A stretch of 64,000 nt of DNA, taken from contig DGDV01000039.1 of assembly GCA_002385625.1 (NCBI GenBank), positions 52,564 through 116,563 on the forward strand, in the 5' to 3' direction. Below the pieces are notes generated by a model, which saw only the letters and a list, made by a program, of their open reading frames with translations, did not search any database and had not been told where the DNA came from. This DNA comes from Firmicutes bacterium UBA3943 (lineage in GTDB: Bacteria > Bacillota > UBA4882 > UBA10575 > UBA3943). The translations under genes were made by a program, and so were the position numbers. Positions 27,748-36,493 of this stretch are shown here, piece by piece; position 1 is the stretch's first letter, and the number at the start of each line of letters is the position of its first letter.

Positions 27748-30108
27748 ATGGTGCACCGGCCATGTTCCAATAACTGTTGGCAATGGATGAAAGGGAAACT
27801 GCCGAATTTATCGGGTATGATTCGTTATTATGGATACCGGTTCAAACAATGGCGGGATAACACACTTAAAGAAATAAAGAGCCCCAACAATACGACAATG
27901 CTTGTGGCTGTCCTGTTGCTGTCCTTTGCGTTCTCTTTGACTGTGGTTTTTTTGGTTGGTCTGTTTACGCCGTTGCCGCCGCCACAGATGCCCATTGCCA
28001 GTGAGGTTTATGATAGCAAAGGGAATTTGGTATCCACCTTTTTCAGCCAGCACCGGCGTCCGGTGAAATTAAAGGAGGTTCCCCTGTTTTTACGCCAGGC
28101 CGTTTTAGCCGTGGAGGATCACCGTTTTTACCAGCATAAGGGGATAAATCTCGGTCGGATCCTCAAGGCGGCATGGCACGATTTGGTCCATCAGAGTCTG
28201 GATCAGGGGGCAAGCACCATCACCCAGCAACTGGCGAAGAATGTCTATTTGACCCATGAACGGAGCTTTTCCCGGAAGATCCGGGAGCTCTTTTATGCTA
28301 TTAAATTGGAGATGCAGTTTTCAAAGGATGAGATCTTCGAGTTATATCTCAACCAAATCTACTTTGGCCATGGGGCATACGGGGTTAGGGTGGCGGCCAA
28401 GACCTATTTCCGTAAGGAGTTAAATGAGTTAAATGAGGCGGAGATGGCTTTGCTAGCAGGTTTGCCGCGGGGCCCGGCCTTTTATTCGCCCTATCGGCAC
28501 CCGGAGGCTGCCAGGGAACGTTTGTTGTTGGTTTTGCGTCGAATGCTGGAGTGCGGTTATATCACTGAAGGGGAATACGTGAGGTATTCCCGGCAGAAGT
28601 TGGCCTTGGCGGGCTTGGAAACGAATAAGACCGCTCCGTATTTTATGGATTTAATCCAACGGGAGGTGGCGCGGCTCTTCCCGGAGAGTCCGGAACTGTT
28701 ATATACCGCAGGGTTGCGCATCGAGACCACTTTGGACCTTACCATGCAGGAGACGGCAAATCGCTGTTTTAACCAAGGAATTCCCAAATTAACAGTGAAT
28801 AAGGAGGGTATTGCCCAGCCCCAGGGAGTTTTAATTGCCATTGATCCCACAAATGGGGAGATCCGGGCTTTAATCGGAGGAACGGATTTTAGCAGTTCCC
28901 AGTTTAACCGGGCAATACAAGCCAAGCGCCAACCAGGCTCATCCTTCAAACCCCTCTTGTATGCAGCGGCGTTGAGTAACGGTCATACGTTGGCCAGTTC
29001 CTTTGATTTAACGCCAAAGACCTATTATGTTGGGGGTAGGTGTTATCGCCCCACCGACAATGGGAATGAGTATGTCAGTGGTTATATCTCCCTCCGGAAA
29101 GCCCTGGCTTGTTCCAGCAATGTGGTGGCTGTGCGCTTGATTCATGACATCGGGCCGCAGTATGTGGCGGATTTTGCGGTGAAGCTGGGTATTGAATCAA
29201 AGCTTTATCCCACGCTCTCTTTGGCCTTGGGCACCAGTGAAGTTACCCCCCTTGAATTGGCGAAAGCCTATTTACCCCTGGCAAATGGCGGGCTTAGCTT
29301 CAAGCCGGTGTTTATCAGGAGAATAAGCGATCGTTCCGGTCGTGTGTTATTTGAAGAAAAACCCCAAAAGGGCCGGCGGGTGCTGGACAGGAGGGTGGCG
29401 TACCTGGTGACCGATGCCATGCGCGGTGTCTTTCAAGCGGGCGGTACCGCAGCCAATGTCGGCCATTTGGTAAAGCGGCCGGCGGCCGGGAAGACAGGAA
29501 CCACGGACCGGAACCGTGACGCTTGGTTTGTGGGGTATACACCGGATTTGTTAACTGTTGTTTTTGTCGGCTGTGACAACCACGAACAAAGGTTGCCGGG
29601 GGCGGCCAACCGTGTCGCGGCTCCAATTTGGGCCAATTTCATGGCGGAGGCGCTGAAAGGTAAACCGGTGAAACAGTTCCCAACCCCCTCCGATTTGCTC
29701 TCTGTTGCTGTCTGTGAAGTCTCCGGCCAATTACCGTCGGATGGGTGTCGACGCCGGAATGAACTGTTTATTCCCGGGACTGAACCGAAAGAGCAGTGCT
29801 GGTATCACCAGGCCAAATGGGTGGAGGTGGATGTCTGCAGCCGTTCGGGCGCCTTGATGAGTGTTTTCTGTCGTGACGGAGAGTCGCGCTTGTTAAGGTC
29901 CGATGAGGCGCCAAACGAAGTATGTAGGCAATGCCGGGGGAAACAGTGGCCAGGAGGCTTTACTGGTGAAGGCAGCCGCGCAGGAAAACAAAAAAAGGAT
30001 AATTATGGGTATAAGGGCGGACAAGACTATTTTTGGCATGAAGACGACGATGAGGAAGAGGACGGATTGTTGCAGCGGCTGCGGAGAATCATCCGCAAAG
30101 CGAAATGA
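27748..30108 (+). CDS. Class A penicillin-binding protein (PBP1A family; glycosyltransferase + transpeptidase) with a Cys-rich C-terminal extension
   Basis: GT51 motifs EDHRFYQHKG and GASTITQQ. Transpeptidase motifs SSFKP, SSN and KTGTT. The start is uncertain (27748, 27787 or 27817). Confidence 0.85.
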   Translation: MVHRPCSNNCWQWMKGKLPNLSGMIRYYGYRFKQWRDNTLKEIKSPNNTTMLVAVLLLSFAFSLTVVFLVGLFTPLPPPQMPIASEVYDSKGNLVSTFFSQHRRPVKLKEVPLFLRQAVLAVEDHRFYQHKGINLGRILKAAWHDLVHQSLDQGASTITQQLAKNVYLTHERSFSRKIRELFYAIKLEMQFSKDEIFELYLNQIYFGHGAYGVRVAAKTYFRKELNELNEAEMALLAGLPRGPAFYSPYRHPEAARERLLLVLRRMLECGYITEGEYVRYSRQKLALAGLETNKTAPYFMDLIQREVARLFPESPELLYTAGLRIETTLDLTMQETANRCFNQGIPKLTVNKEGIAQPQGVLIAIDPTNGEIRALIGGTDFSSSQFNRAIQAKRQPGSSFKPLLYAAALSNGHTLASSFDLTPKTYYVGGRCYRPTDNGNEYVSGYISLRKALACSSNVVAVRLIHDIGPQYVADFAVKLGIESKLYPTLSLALGTSEVTPLELAKAYLPLANGGLSFKPVFIRRISDRSGRVLFEEKPQKGRRVLDRRVAYLVTDAMRGVFQAGGTAANVGHLVKRPAAGKTGTTDRNRDAWFVGYTPDLLTVVFVGCDNHEQRLPGAANRVAAPIWANFMAEALKGKPVKQFPTPSDLLSVAVCEVSGQLPSDGCRRRNELFIPGTEPKEQCWYHQAKWVEVDVCSRSGALMSVFCRDGESRLLRSDEAPNEVCRQCRGKQWPGGFTGEGSRAGKQKKDNYGYKGGQDYFWHEDDDEEEDGLLQRLRRIIRKAK

Positions 30109-30168
30109 CGGAGATAACGAGAGTAAAGGGCGCATGGTTGAAGACAATTTAAGATGGAGAAGGGAACA

Positions 30169-30199
30169 AAAAGGCTCCTTCTGTGGGAAGGAGCCTTTT
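30169..30199. terminator. Bidirectional rho-independent terminator
   Basis: AAAAGGCTCCTTC/GAAGGAGCCTTTT 13-bp stem between convergent genes. Confidence 0.85.
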
Positions 30200-30207
30200 C
30201 CTGCATT

Positions 30208-30504
30208 TTAGTAGTGATTCTTAGCGAAGCAGTCCCGGCAGTAAACCGGCCGGTCCCCGCTGGGCTTGAAGGGGACTTGGGCAACTGTACCGCAAGCGGC
30301 GCAGGTGGTGACATGGAGTTCACGCCGGGGACGGGGACCTTGGCGGAAACCGCCTCCGTTTCGTTGCTTGCGGGCGGCTCGGCAATCCGGGCAACGGCCG
30401 GGTTCGTTGGTGAACCCTTTCTCCGCAAAAAACTCTTGTTCGGAAACAGTAAAGACAAATTCGCTCCCACAGTCCCGACAGGTCAAAGTCTTGTCTACAA
30501 ACAT
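30208..30504 (-). CDS. Zinc-ribbon protein with two CxxC...CxxC modules (CxxC-x17-CxxC type)
   Basis: CRDCGSEF...CPDC and CAACGTVAQVPFKPSGDRPVYCRDC; GAGGAGG RBS. Confidence 0.7.
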   Translation of the reverse strand: MFVDKTLTCRDCGSEFVFTVSEQEFFAEKGFTNEPGRCPDCRAARKQRNGGGFRQGPRPRRELHVTTCAACGTVAQVPFKPSGDRPVYCRDCFAKNHY

Positions 30505-30774
30505 AAAAAAACCTCCTCGTGTTATTTTGCCCAGAACGGCGTGGGATGGCTCTTATTCTCCCCCAAACCGTGGTGCTAAGGCGGGCGCGAGAAGGGATAA
30601 TATGAGGTCCGCACTAAACCTATTTACATGAGCAACTAATTATAGCATGTTTAACGCTTGGTCGTAAAGGATGAATTGAATTATTTTTACTTTATTATAG
30701 GGAGTCCTGGTCGTTTGTACTTGAATATGATAGTCATCATTCGGTAAATTGCATAGCAAAGGAGATGAAGAAAG

Positions 30775-31509
30775 ATGATTAAGCAAATTATCCCTCCGTG
30801 TCAGGGGGTTTTATATACCGTACGGTCCGGCGACACTTTATACCTTATTGCGCAGCGCAATAATATATCTGTTCAGGAGCTGATTAACGCTAACCCGCAG
30901 ATTACAGATCCATCCCGCATAATTCCGGGACAGGTTATTTGTATTCCGGCTCAACAACCTAGCTGTCCGGGGGTGTTTTATACGGTTCAGGCCGGAGATA
31001 ACTTGAATGCCATTGCGGTGCGATTTGGCGTGTCTGTTGAGCAGATCCTGGCGGTTAACCCGGCCATTACCAACCCCAACGTGATTTTTGTCGGGCAATC
31101 CATCTGCATTCCCACGCCCCAACCGGTGGAGGAATGTGCTATAGTTCTCAGCCTGTCCGGAGCAGCCGTTCCAGCCCTTCCTCCCATTGCGGGCGGGGTA
31201 GTTTTGATTCAACGGACAAATGGAGAATATGCTTTAACCTTTGCTGCTACCGGCTTGCCGGAACCGGCGACTATTGGCAATTTTGATGCATATTTGGGGT
31301 CCGTCAATATTAACGGCCAGGTTTACTCGGCGCTTTTGAGTCGCTCCGCTCCCTTTGGACAGGAACCCACTTGGGCGGGGACACGGGTCATTACAGTAAA
31401 TCCCTTTGCCGTTCCGCAAAGCACAGTTACCATAGCACCGTTTAATACCCAAACCGGGGTCCGGACTAATCCGGTTATGGGCGGAACAGTCAGCCAATGC
31501 CGGCGGTAG
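30775..31509 (+). CDS. Protein with two LysM domains
   Basis: Two LysM repeats (YTVRSGDTLYLIAQRNNISVQELINANP; YTVQAGDNLNAIAVRFGVSVEQILAVNP). Confidence 0.8.
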   Translation: MIKQIIPPCQGVLYTVRSGDTLYLIAQRNNISVQELINANPQITDPSRIIPGQVICIPAQQPSCPGVFYTVQAGDNLNAIAVRFGVSVEQILAVNPAITNPNVIFVGQSICIPTPQPVEECAIVLSLSGAAVPALPPIAGGVVLIQRTNGEYALTFAATGLPEPATIGNFDAYLGSVNINGQVYSALLSRSAPFGQEPTWAGTRVITVNPFAVPQSTVTIAPFNTQTGVRTNPVMGGTVSQCRR

Positions 31510-31538
31510 GATCAAATTATAAATATAATTATTGAGAT

Positions 31539-31578
31539 AACGCCAAAGAAATAGCGTTTTGGCGTTTTATTTTTTTTC
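31539..31578 (+). terminator. Rho-independent terminator
   Basis: AACGCCAAA/TTTGGCGTT stem followed by TTATTTTTTTT. Confidence 0.75.
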
Positions 31579-31738
31579 TGGCGGACCTGTTTTAACAAGT
31601 GGTTTTAAAATATTGAAGGAAACACAAAACTAAAAAGAGAATATTTTCAGATAATAGTTGGGTGACCATGGGAGGTTTCCTGGTAGGGGAGACTGTGGTA
31701 GTCAAGGGTTTTTACGAGTCCACTGGGGAGGGTAGACA

Positions 31739-32854
31739 GTGAAAAAGATAATTATGGTTTTGATACTCATGGTTATTGCACTTTGTGTGGAGATTGCCCA
31801 GGAACTAACGCTATTTACCTCAATGGCCCAGGTAATGGAAGATCCCGTAGAACCGCCTTTGTTGTCGCCTGGAGATTACCCGCATTTATTTGAAAGATTA
31901 AAACCTATGTTGCAAAAGGAAGCGGGCGTTAGCCCCGAAGAATTTGCGGTTTTCTGGGAGTATGTCGAGGTATATGAGGTGGATTTGGGTAAATATCCCC
32001 CAGGCGTCTACCGCCAGGTCTTTGTTCTGTTGGATTATATGGCGTACCTTGTTGGTGTTGACCAAAGTGGCTCCCAAGTTTGCCTGCTGGGGAAAGGCAA
32101 TGAACCGGTGGTAATCAATCAGAGGAAAATGGAGATCAAAACCTGTGGGAACCAAGTCTTCCTCTGGAGTCAGAAGGCCTTTTCCGCCATTGAAAAAAAC
32201 TGCGTTTTGGCATGGGATGGGAAACAGTTACGAATTATAAAAAATGAGATTCAGGATCCTGTGCAAATGTATTTTGACCAAAGGGAGAAATATATCGCCC
32301 GGGGTGATATTGAGGGATTGAAGGAATTTGACAGGCTGGAGGGTAAAATAATGTATCCTCTATCGTATGCCGCCTATTTTGAACAACCAAAGAAGGTTGC
32401 CAGGAAAGCCCATGAAGTGGCCATGAAAAGGTACAAAGCGGGGGATCTGGCGGGTGCCGTTAAAATTTTATCCTATGGCCTGAATGACTACGCTTATGTC
32501 TTTTGGAGTTGCCCCGTGGAAGAGATCAGTGACGTCTCTGTAGCGGAGATTGAAGGAGAAAAGTGGACCTTGCACAAGGAGGATCTGCTGCCTGTTGCTG
32601 AGTTGGTGGTTATGCTTAATAACTATGCCTTCTTCCTGGCTGAGGCGGGCGAACATCAAAAAGCCGAGGGGATCTTGTTGAAAGTAATCGATCTGGCGCC
32701 TAACCGGGCGGTGGCCTACATCAATCTGGGGGATGTCTGTTGGGAACTGGGGAAGATAAGGGAAGCCCGGGATTATTACCGGAAATACCTAAAGCTGCTG
32801 GGGAAAAATACAAAGAAGGTACCGAAAAGGGTATATGAAAGGGTGAAGGAGTAA
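31739..32854 (+). CDS. Membrane-anchored protein with C-terminal TPR repeats
   Basis: N-terminal TM helix and a TPR-like C-terminus (NNYAFFLAEAGEHQKAEGILLKVIDLAPNRAVAYINLGDVCWELGKIREARDYYRKYL). Confidence 0.65.
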   Translation: MKKIIMVLILMVIALCVEIAQELTLFTSMAQVMEDPVEPPLLSPGDYPHLFERLKPMLQKEAGVSPEEFAVFWEYVEVYEVDLGKYPPGVYRQVFVLLDYMAYLVGVDQSGSQVCLLGKGNEPVVINQRKMEIKTCGNQVFLWSQKAFSAIEKNCVLAWDGKQLRIIKNEIQDPVQMYFDQREKYIARGDIEGLKEFDRLEGKIMYPLSYAAYFEQPKKVARKAHEVAMKRYKAGDLAGAVKILSYGLNDYAYVFWSCPVEEISDVSVAEIEGEKWTLHKEDLLPVAELVVMLNNYAFFLAEAGEHQKAEGILLKVIDLAPNRAVAYINLGDVCWELGKIREARDYYRKYLKLLGKNTKKVPKRVYERVKE

Positions 32855-32962
32855 GATTTCCAAGGCAAAAGAGCTGGTGATCGAAACGCAAATCGATCTG
32901 ATAGAGAAGACGATCAGTTTTTTGTATAAAATTTGAGATGTCACGAAAATAAGGAGTTTGAA

Positions 32963-33997
32963 ATGGCGTTTAAAGGTTGGGACAAAATACGGATTCAGAC
33001 GGCGCAAGGCTCGGTGGCGGCGGTGGCTCCAGTGATCATCTCCGCCAGCCGGTCCACGGATATACCGGCGTTCTACAGTGATTGGTTCATGCGCCGTTGG
33101 CGGGAGGGTTATGTCCGGTGGACCAACCCCTTCAACCAAAAGGACCAGTATATCTCCTTTGCCAAGGCCAGAGTGGCTGTCTTCTGGACGAAGAACCCCC
33201 GGCCAATGCTGAGGTATGTGCCGGTTTTGGACGATTTGGGCATCAACTACTATTTCACCTTCACCGTCAATGACTATGAACAGGAGGGTTTGGAACCCAA
33301 TGTGCCCAAGCTCGCGGAGAGGATCGATACCTTTCGGCAGCTATCTGAGGCGCTGGGGAAGGCCCGGGTGATCTGGCGGTATGACCCTTTGCTCCTGACA
33401 AAGCAGTTGACGGTGGACCGTTTGTTAGAAAAAGTTGCGCAAGTGGGGGAGACGCTGCATGACTACACAGAGAAGCTGGTCTTCAGCTTTGCTGATGTGG
33501 CAGTCTATGACAAGGTAAAGCGCAATCTTGCGGCCAAGGGTTTTGGTGATGCCCGGGAGTTTAGTCCGGAGGAAATGGCCGCCTTTGCCCAGGGGTTGGC
33601 GGCCATGAACAGAGATTGGGGCTTGACGCTGGCTACTTGTGGCGAGGAAGTCGACCTTTCCGCTTATGGGGTGATTCATAACAAGTGCATTGATGATGAA
33701 CTGATGATCCGGCTGTTTTTCCACGATAAGGCCTTGATGGACTTTTTGGGGTATAAAGAACCGGAGTTAAACCTGTTCTCCGGTTTGACACCGGCAGATG
33801 CAGGGCCAAGGCTTGACCTGAAGGACAAGGGCCAACGCCGGGCCTGCGGTTGCATTGTCAGTAAAGATATTGGCCAGTACAACACCTGTATGCACCTTTG
33901 CGCCTATTGTTATGCCAATACTTCGGAGAAGGTGGTCCGGGCCAATTGTGTTATGAGGCGGAGCTATAGTGGTGAAGCAATTTTGGGGAAAAAGTAA
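32963..33997 (+). CDS. DUF1848 family protein (C-terminal radical-SAM-like Cys cluster)
   Basis: ISASRSTDIPAFYSDWFMRRW N-terminus and C-terminal CGCIVSKDIGQYNTCMHLCAYCYAN. AAGGAG lies 7 nt before ATG 32963. Confidence 0.7.
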   Translation: MAFKGWDKIRIQTAQGSVAAVAPVIISASRSTDIPAFYSDWFMRRWREGYVRWTNPFNQKDQYISFAKARVAVFWTKNPRPMLRYVPVLDDLGINYYFTFTVNDYEQEGLEPNVPKLAERIDTFRQLSEALGKARVIWRYDPLLLTKQLTVDRLLEKVAQVGETLHDYTEKLVFSFADVAVYDKVKRNLAAKGFGDAREFSPEEMAAFAQGLAAMNRDWGLTLATCGEEVDLSAYGVIHNKCIDDELMIRLFFHDKALMDFLGYKEPELNLFSGLTPADAGPRLDLKDKGQRRACGCIVSKDIGQYNTCMHLCAYCYANTSEKVVRANCVMRRSYSGEAILGKK

Positions 33998-34083
33998 AAA
34001 TTTTTTCTGAAGACAAGAAGGGAAAGAGGAATGGACGAAGAAAACATATTTTAAATAGTTGGAAAATAAGAGGGTAACAAAAA

Positions 34084-34665
34084 ATGCTAAAGACAATAAA
34101 CAATATAGCGGATTTTCTTGAGAGGGAGCTGGCATTATCAGCGGATAAAAAGGAAATATTGGTCTATTCTCTGCAGATATTGTTTTTGTTCTGCGGCACT
34201 TTTTTAGGAATCCTCTCTGTGGCCTTCTTGGTCAGCCGTTTGTGGCAGGATATTTTCTCGGAGGCGATCATTGCTTCTCTGACGATGGCAAGTTACCGCT
34301 TTGTTTCGGGTGGCTTTCATTTTAAAAATTTTATCCTTTGTATGATTATATCATCCCTTATCCCTGCGGGCATTGCCGTTCTTGCTGTGATACTTGTCCA
34401 ACAAGGCCTGAATCTCCCGACGCCGGGGTGGTGGTTGGCGTGGCTGCTGATGCTTGGTATAGCTGTTTTCTTCGCGCCACGGCCGGTGGAGGAACGACCA
34501 ATTGGCAAGAAGGAAGCTAAAAAGTTTAAGTGCTTATCCATTGTAATGTTGACTTGCTGGGGAATTATTATTAACCTGTTACCGCCTGCGATTGCTCTGT
34601 CGGTTCTGATTGGGCTGGGCATTCAGACTGCTTCAATTATTACAGGACATGCCGAAGGCAAATGA
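34084..34665 (+). CDS. agrB: AgrB family autoinducing-peptide processing/export endopeptidase
   Basis: Polytopic membrane protein. GGFHFKNFILC gives His79 and Cys86, the same His-x6-Cys spacing as the S. aureus AgrB catalytic pair H77/C84. Confidence 0.85.
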   Translation: MLKTINNIADFLERELALSADKKEILVYSLQILFLFCGTFLGILSVAFLVSRLWQDIFSEAIIASLTMASYRFVSGGFHFKNFILCMIISSLIPAGIAVLAVILVQQGLNLPTPGWWLAWLLMLGIAVFFAPRPVEERPIGKKEAKKFKCLSIVMLTCWGIIINLLPPAIALSVLIGLGIQTASIITGHAEGK

Positions 34666-34775
34666 TTTATCAGATTGGTGAAACCAAGCGACAGAAAGGA
34701 GGGATGACAGTACAACTGAATAAGGCACTGGATCTGTGGGTTGTGTTGTGTAATAATTTTGAAGGAGGGTTTCGA

Positions 34776-34898
34776 ATGGCGAAAGTAATGTTTAAGGTGG
34801 TAGTGGGGATTTTAATGGTGTTGGCTACGGCCTCGGTTTGCGGAGCTTGCATGTTTTGTATTTATCAACCTAAGGTTCCCTCTTCATTATTAGACTAA
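34776..34898 (+). CDS. agrD: AgrD-type cyclic (thio)lactone autoinducer peptide precursor (40 aa)
   Basis: MAKVMFKVVVGILMVLATASVCGACMFCIYQPKVPSSLLD has an N-terminal amphipathic helix, a Cys core and the QPxxPxSL recognition tail typical of clostridial AgrD. GAAGGAGGG RBS. Confidence 0.75.
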   Translation: MAKVMFKVVVGILMVLATASVCGACMFCIYQPKVPSSLLD

Positions 34899-34929
34899 TT
34901 ATAAACTTACTGATTTAGGAAGGTAATAA

Positions 34930-35346
34930 ATGCTAGTTACAATTGTTCAAATAGCCTTGTACATTTTACAGCCATTTTTACTGATCAAAAATGGTTTTAA
35001 GTTATGCGGCATTGACATAAAGATAAAAAATCTGCTTTATAATGCTGTTTTGTTTGGCTTAGTAATCTATTGTATAAGATCGTCCCCGCTTTCCAAGTTT
35101 TATTACTTTCCTTTGATGTTTTTAACTAATCTAATCCTAATATCTGTTATTCATCGGTTAAATATCATCCTAGCGATCGTTCCCAACTTTTTCGGATATT
35201 TGCTTGTTTTTGCCACTGAAATGATCTCTATGGTGCTTTTAAACGCAATAGGGATTACTATTGATATCAATAATGCAAGCAACATTAAAGGTCCACTGGT
35301 TTGGGTCAGTATTTTACTATTATTGCTTAATAACAGTTGTTCTTGA
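34930..35346 (+). CDS. Small polytopic membrane protein (~5 TM, 138 aa), no output domain
   Basis: AGGAAGG RBS and an AT-rich, hydrophobic ORF. It occupies the position where agrC normally sits but has no kinase domain. Confidence 0.55.
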   Translation: MLVTIVQIALYILQPFLLIKNGFKLCGIDIKIKNLLYNAVLFGLVIYCIRSSPLSKFYYFPLMFLTNLILISVIHRLNIILAIVPNFFGYLLVFATEMISMVLLNAIGITIDINNASNIKGPLVWVSILLLLLNNSCS

Positions 35347-35399
35347 TAGAAATGCAATAATTTTGTTTCCGTTAAATAAAGTAATTTTGGAGAAAAGTA

Positions 35400-36323
35400 A
35401 TGAGTAGAGACAGTCTTTTAAAAAAACCAAAGGTACCACTGCCTGAATTAGTTATCCTAATCTTCCTGTCCATAGTTTTTATTGGGGTTATTGCATATAT
35501 CTACTACTGTACGGACGTAAACGTACCTAACCTTGTTCTTGGTAGTGTTTTTATCGTTTTTTTCATCAGTTCCCTTGCAATTTTAAATGAGCTATATAAA
35601 AAGTTGGAAAAGGAATACGAAAAGAACCTCGAACTGGAGCGTATCTTTACTGCCAAATTAAACCGCACCTATGAGGGTACTTTAAAAGCCCTGTCATCCG
35701 CCCTGGACTTACGCGATCATGAGACGTGGGGTCACTCTGCCCGGGTCATTGGCTATGCCGTGGCCATCGCGAAGAAGATGGGCCTCCCGCCTCAAGAGAT
35801 TCGCATCCTTGCCTGGGGCGGATTTCTTCATGACATCGGCAAAATTGGCGTCAAGGATTCCATTTTGCTCAAAGAGGATAAACTTACACCCGAAGAATGG
35901 CGGGAGATCAAACGCCATCCATATATTGGGTATGATATGATCCGTCAAGTTGATTTTTTGGAGGAAGCGGCGGAGATCGTCCTTTTTCACCATGAGCGTT
36001 ATGACGGGACCGGGTATCCCATGGGTTTGTGTAAGGATGAGATCCCGTTAAAAGCCCGCATTTTCTCCGTTGCTGATACCTTTGATGCGATGACCAGCAA
36101 CCGGCCTTATCGCCGGCCCCGGTCTGTCAGTGAAGCCATAAAAGTCATCAGGAGCCAGGCGGGAAGACAGTTTTGTCCAGAATGTGTTAAGGCGTTTTTG
36201 CAACTTTCCAACACTGAATTGATGGAGATCCGCAGAGGTATGGTGGGCATCGACGAGATGGCCTTTTTCCATCGCGTTTTAACCCCGGACAAAAGCAAAT
36301 TGGAAAAACTAAATCTCGCTTAA
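35400..36323 (+). CDS. Membrane-anchored HD-GYP domain phosphodiesterase
   Basis: Two N-terminal TM helices, a coiled linker, then HSARV...HDIGKIGV...HHERYDGTGYP canonical HD-GYP motifs. Confidence 0.85.
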   Translation: MSRDSLLKKPKVPLPELVILIFLSIVFIGVIAYIYYCTDVNVPNLVLGSVFIVFFISSLAILNELYKKLEKEYEKNLELERIFTAKLNRTYEGTLKALSSALDLRDHETWGHSARVIGYAVAIAKKMGLPPQEIRILAWGGFLHDIGKIGVKDSILLKEDKLTPEEWREIKRHPYIGYDMIRQVDFLEEAAEIVLFHHERYDGTGYPMGLCKDEIPLKARIFSVADTFDAMTSNRPYRRPRSVSEAIKVIRSQAGRQFCPECVKAFLQLSNTELMEIRRGMVGIDEMAFFHRVLTPDKSKLEKLNLA

Positions 36324-36345
36324 AAGACCGTAAAGGTCTTTTTTG
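36322..36345 (+). terminator. Rho-independent terminator closing the agr/HD-GYP cluster
   Basis: AAGACC-GTAAA-GGTCTT followed by TTTTT. Confidence 0.75.
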
Positions 36346-36493
36346 ATTTTCCTTTAATTATCTCTTGGGAAAGGGAAGACGGCTGCTCCTTTTTCACGCA
36401 AGGGTTTAAATATATAATGTATAATGGATTTATCATGGCTGATTCAGTAACAAAAAACAGGTAGGCCTTTGGGGATGAAAGGGGTAATTTCCA

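Noticed and set aside
27104-27763. 219-aa minus-strand ORF at the amylase 3' end
   Set aside because: It is antisense to GH13 conserved regions and crosses the amylase terminator.
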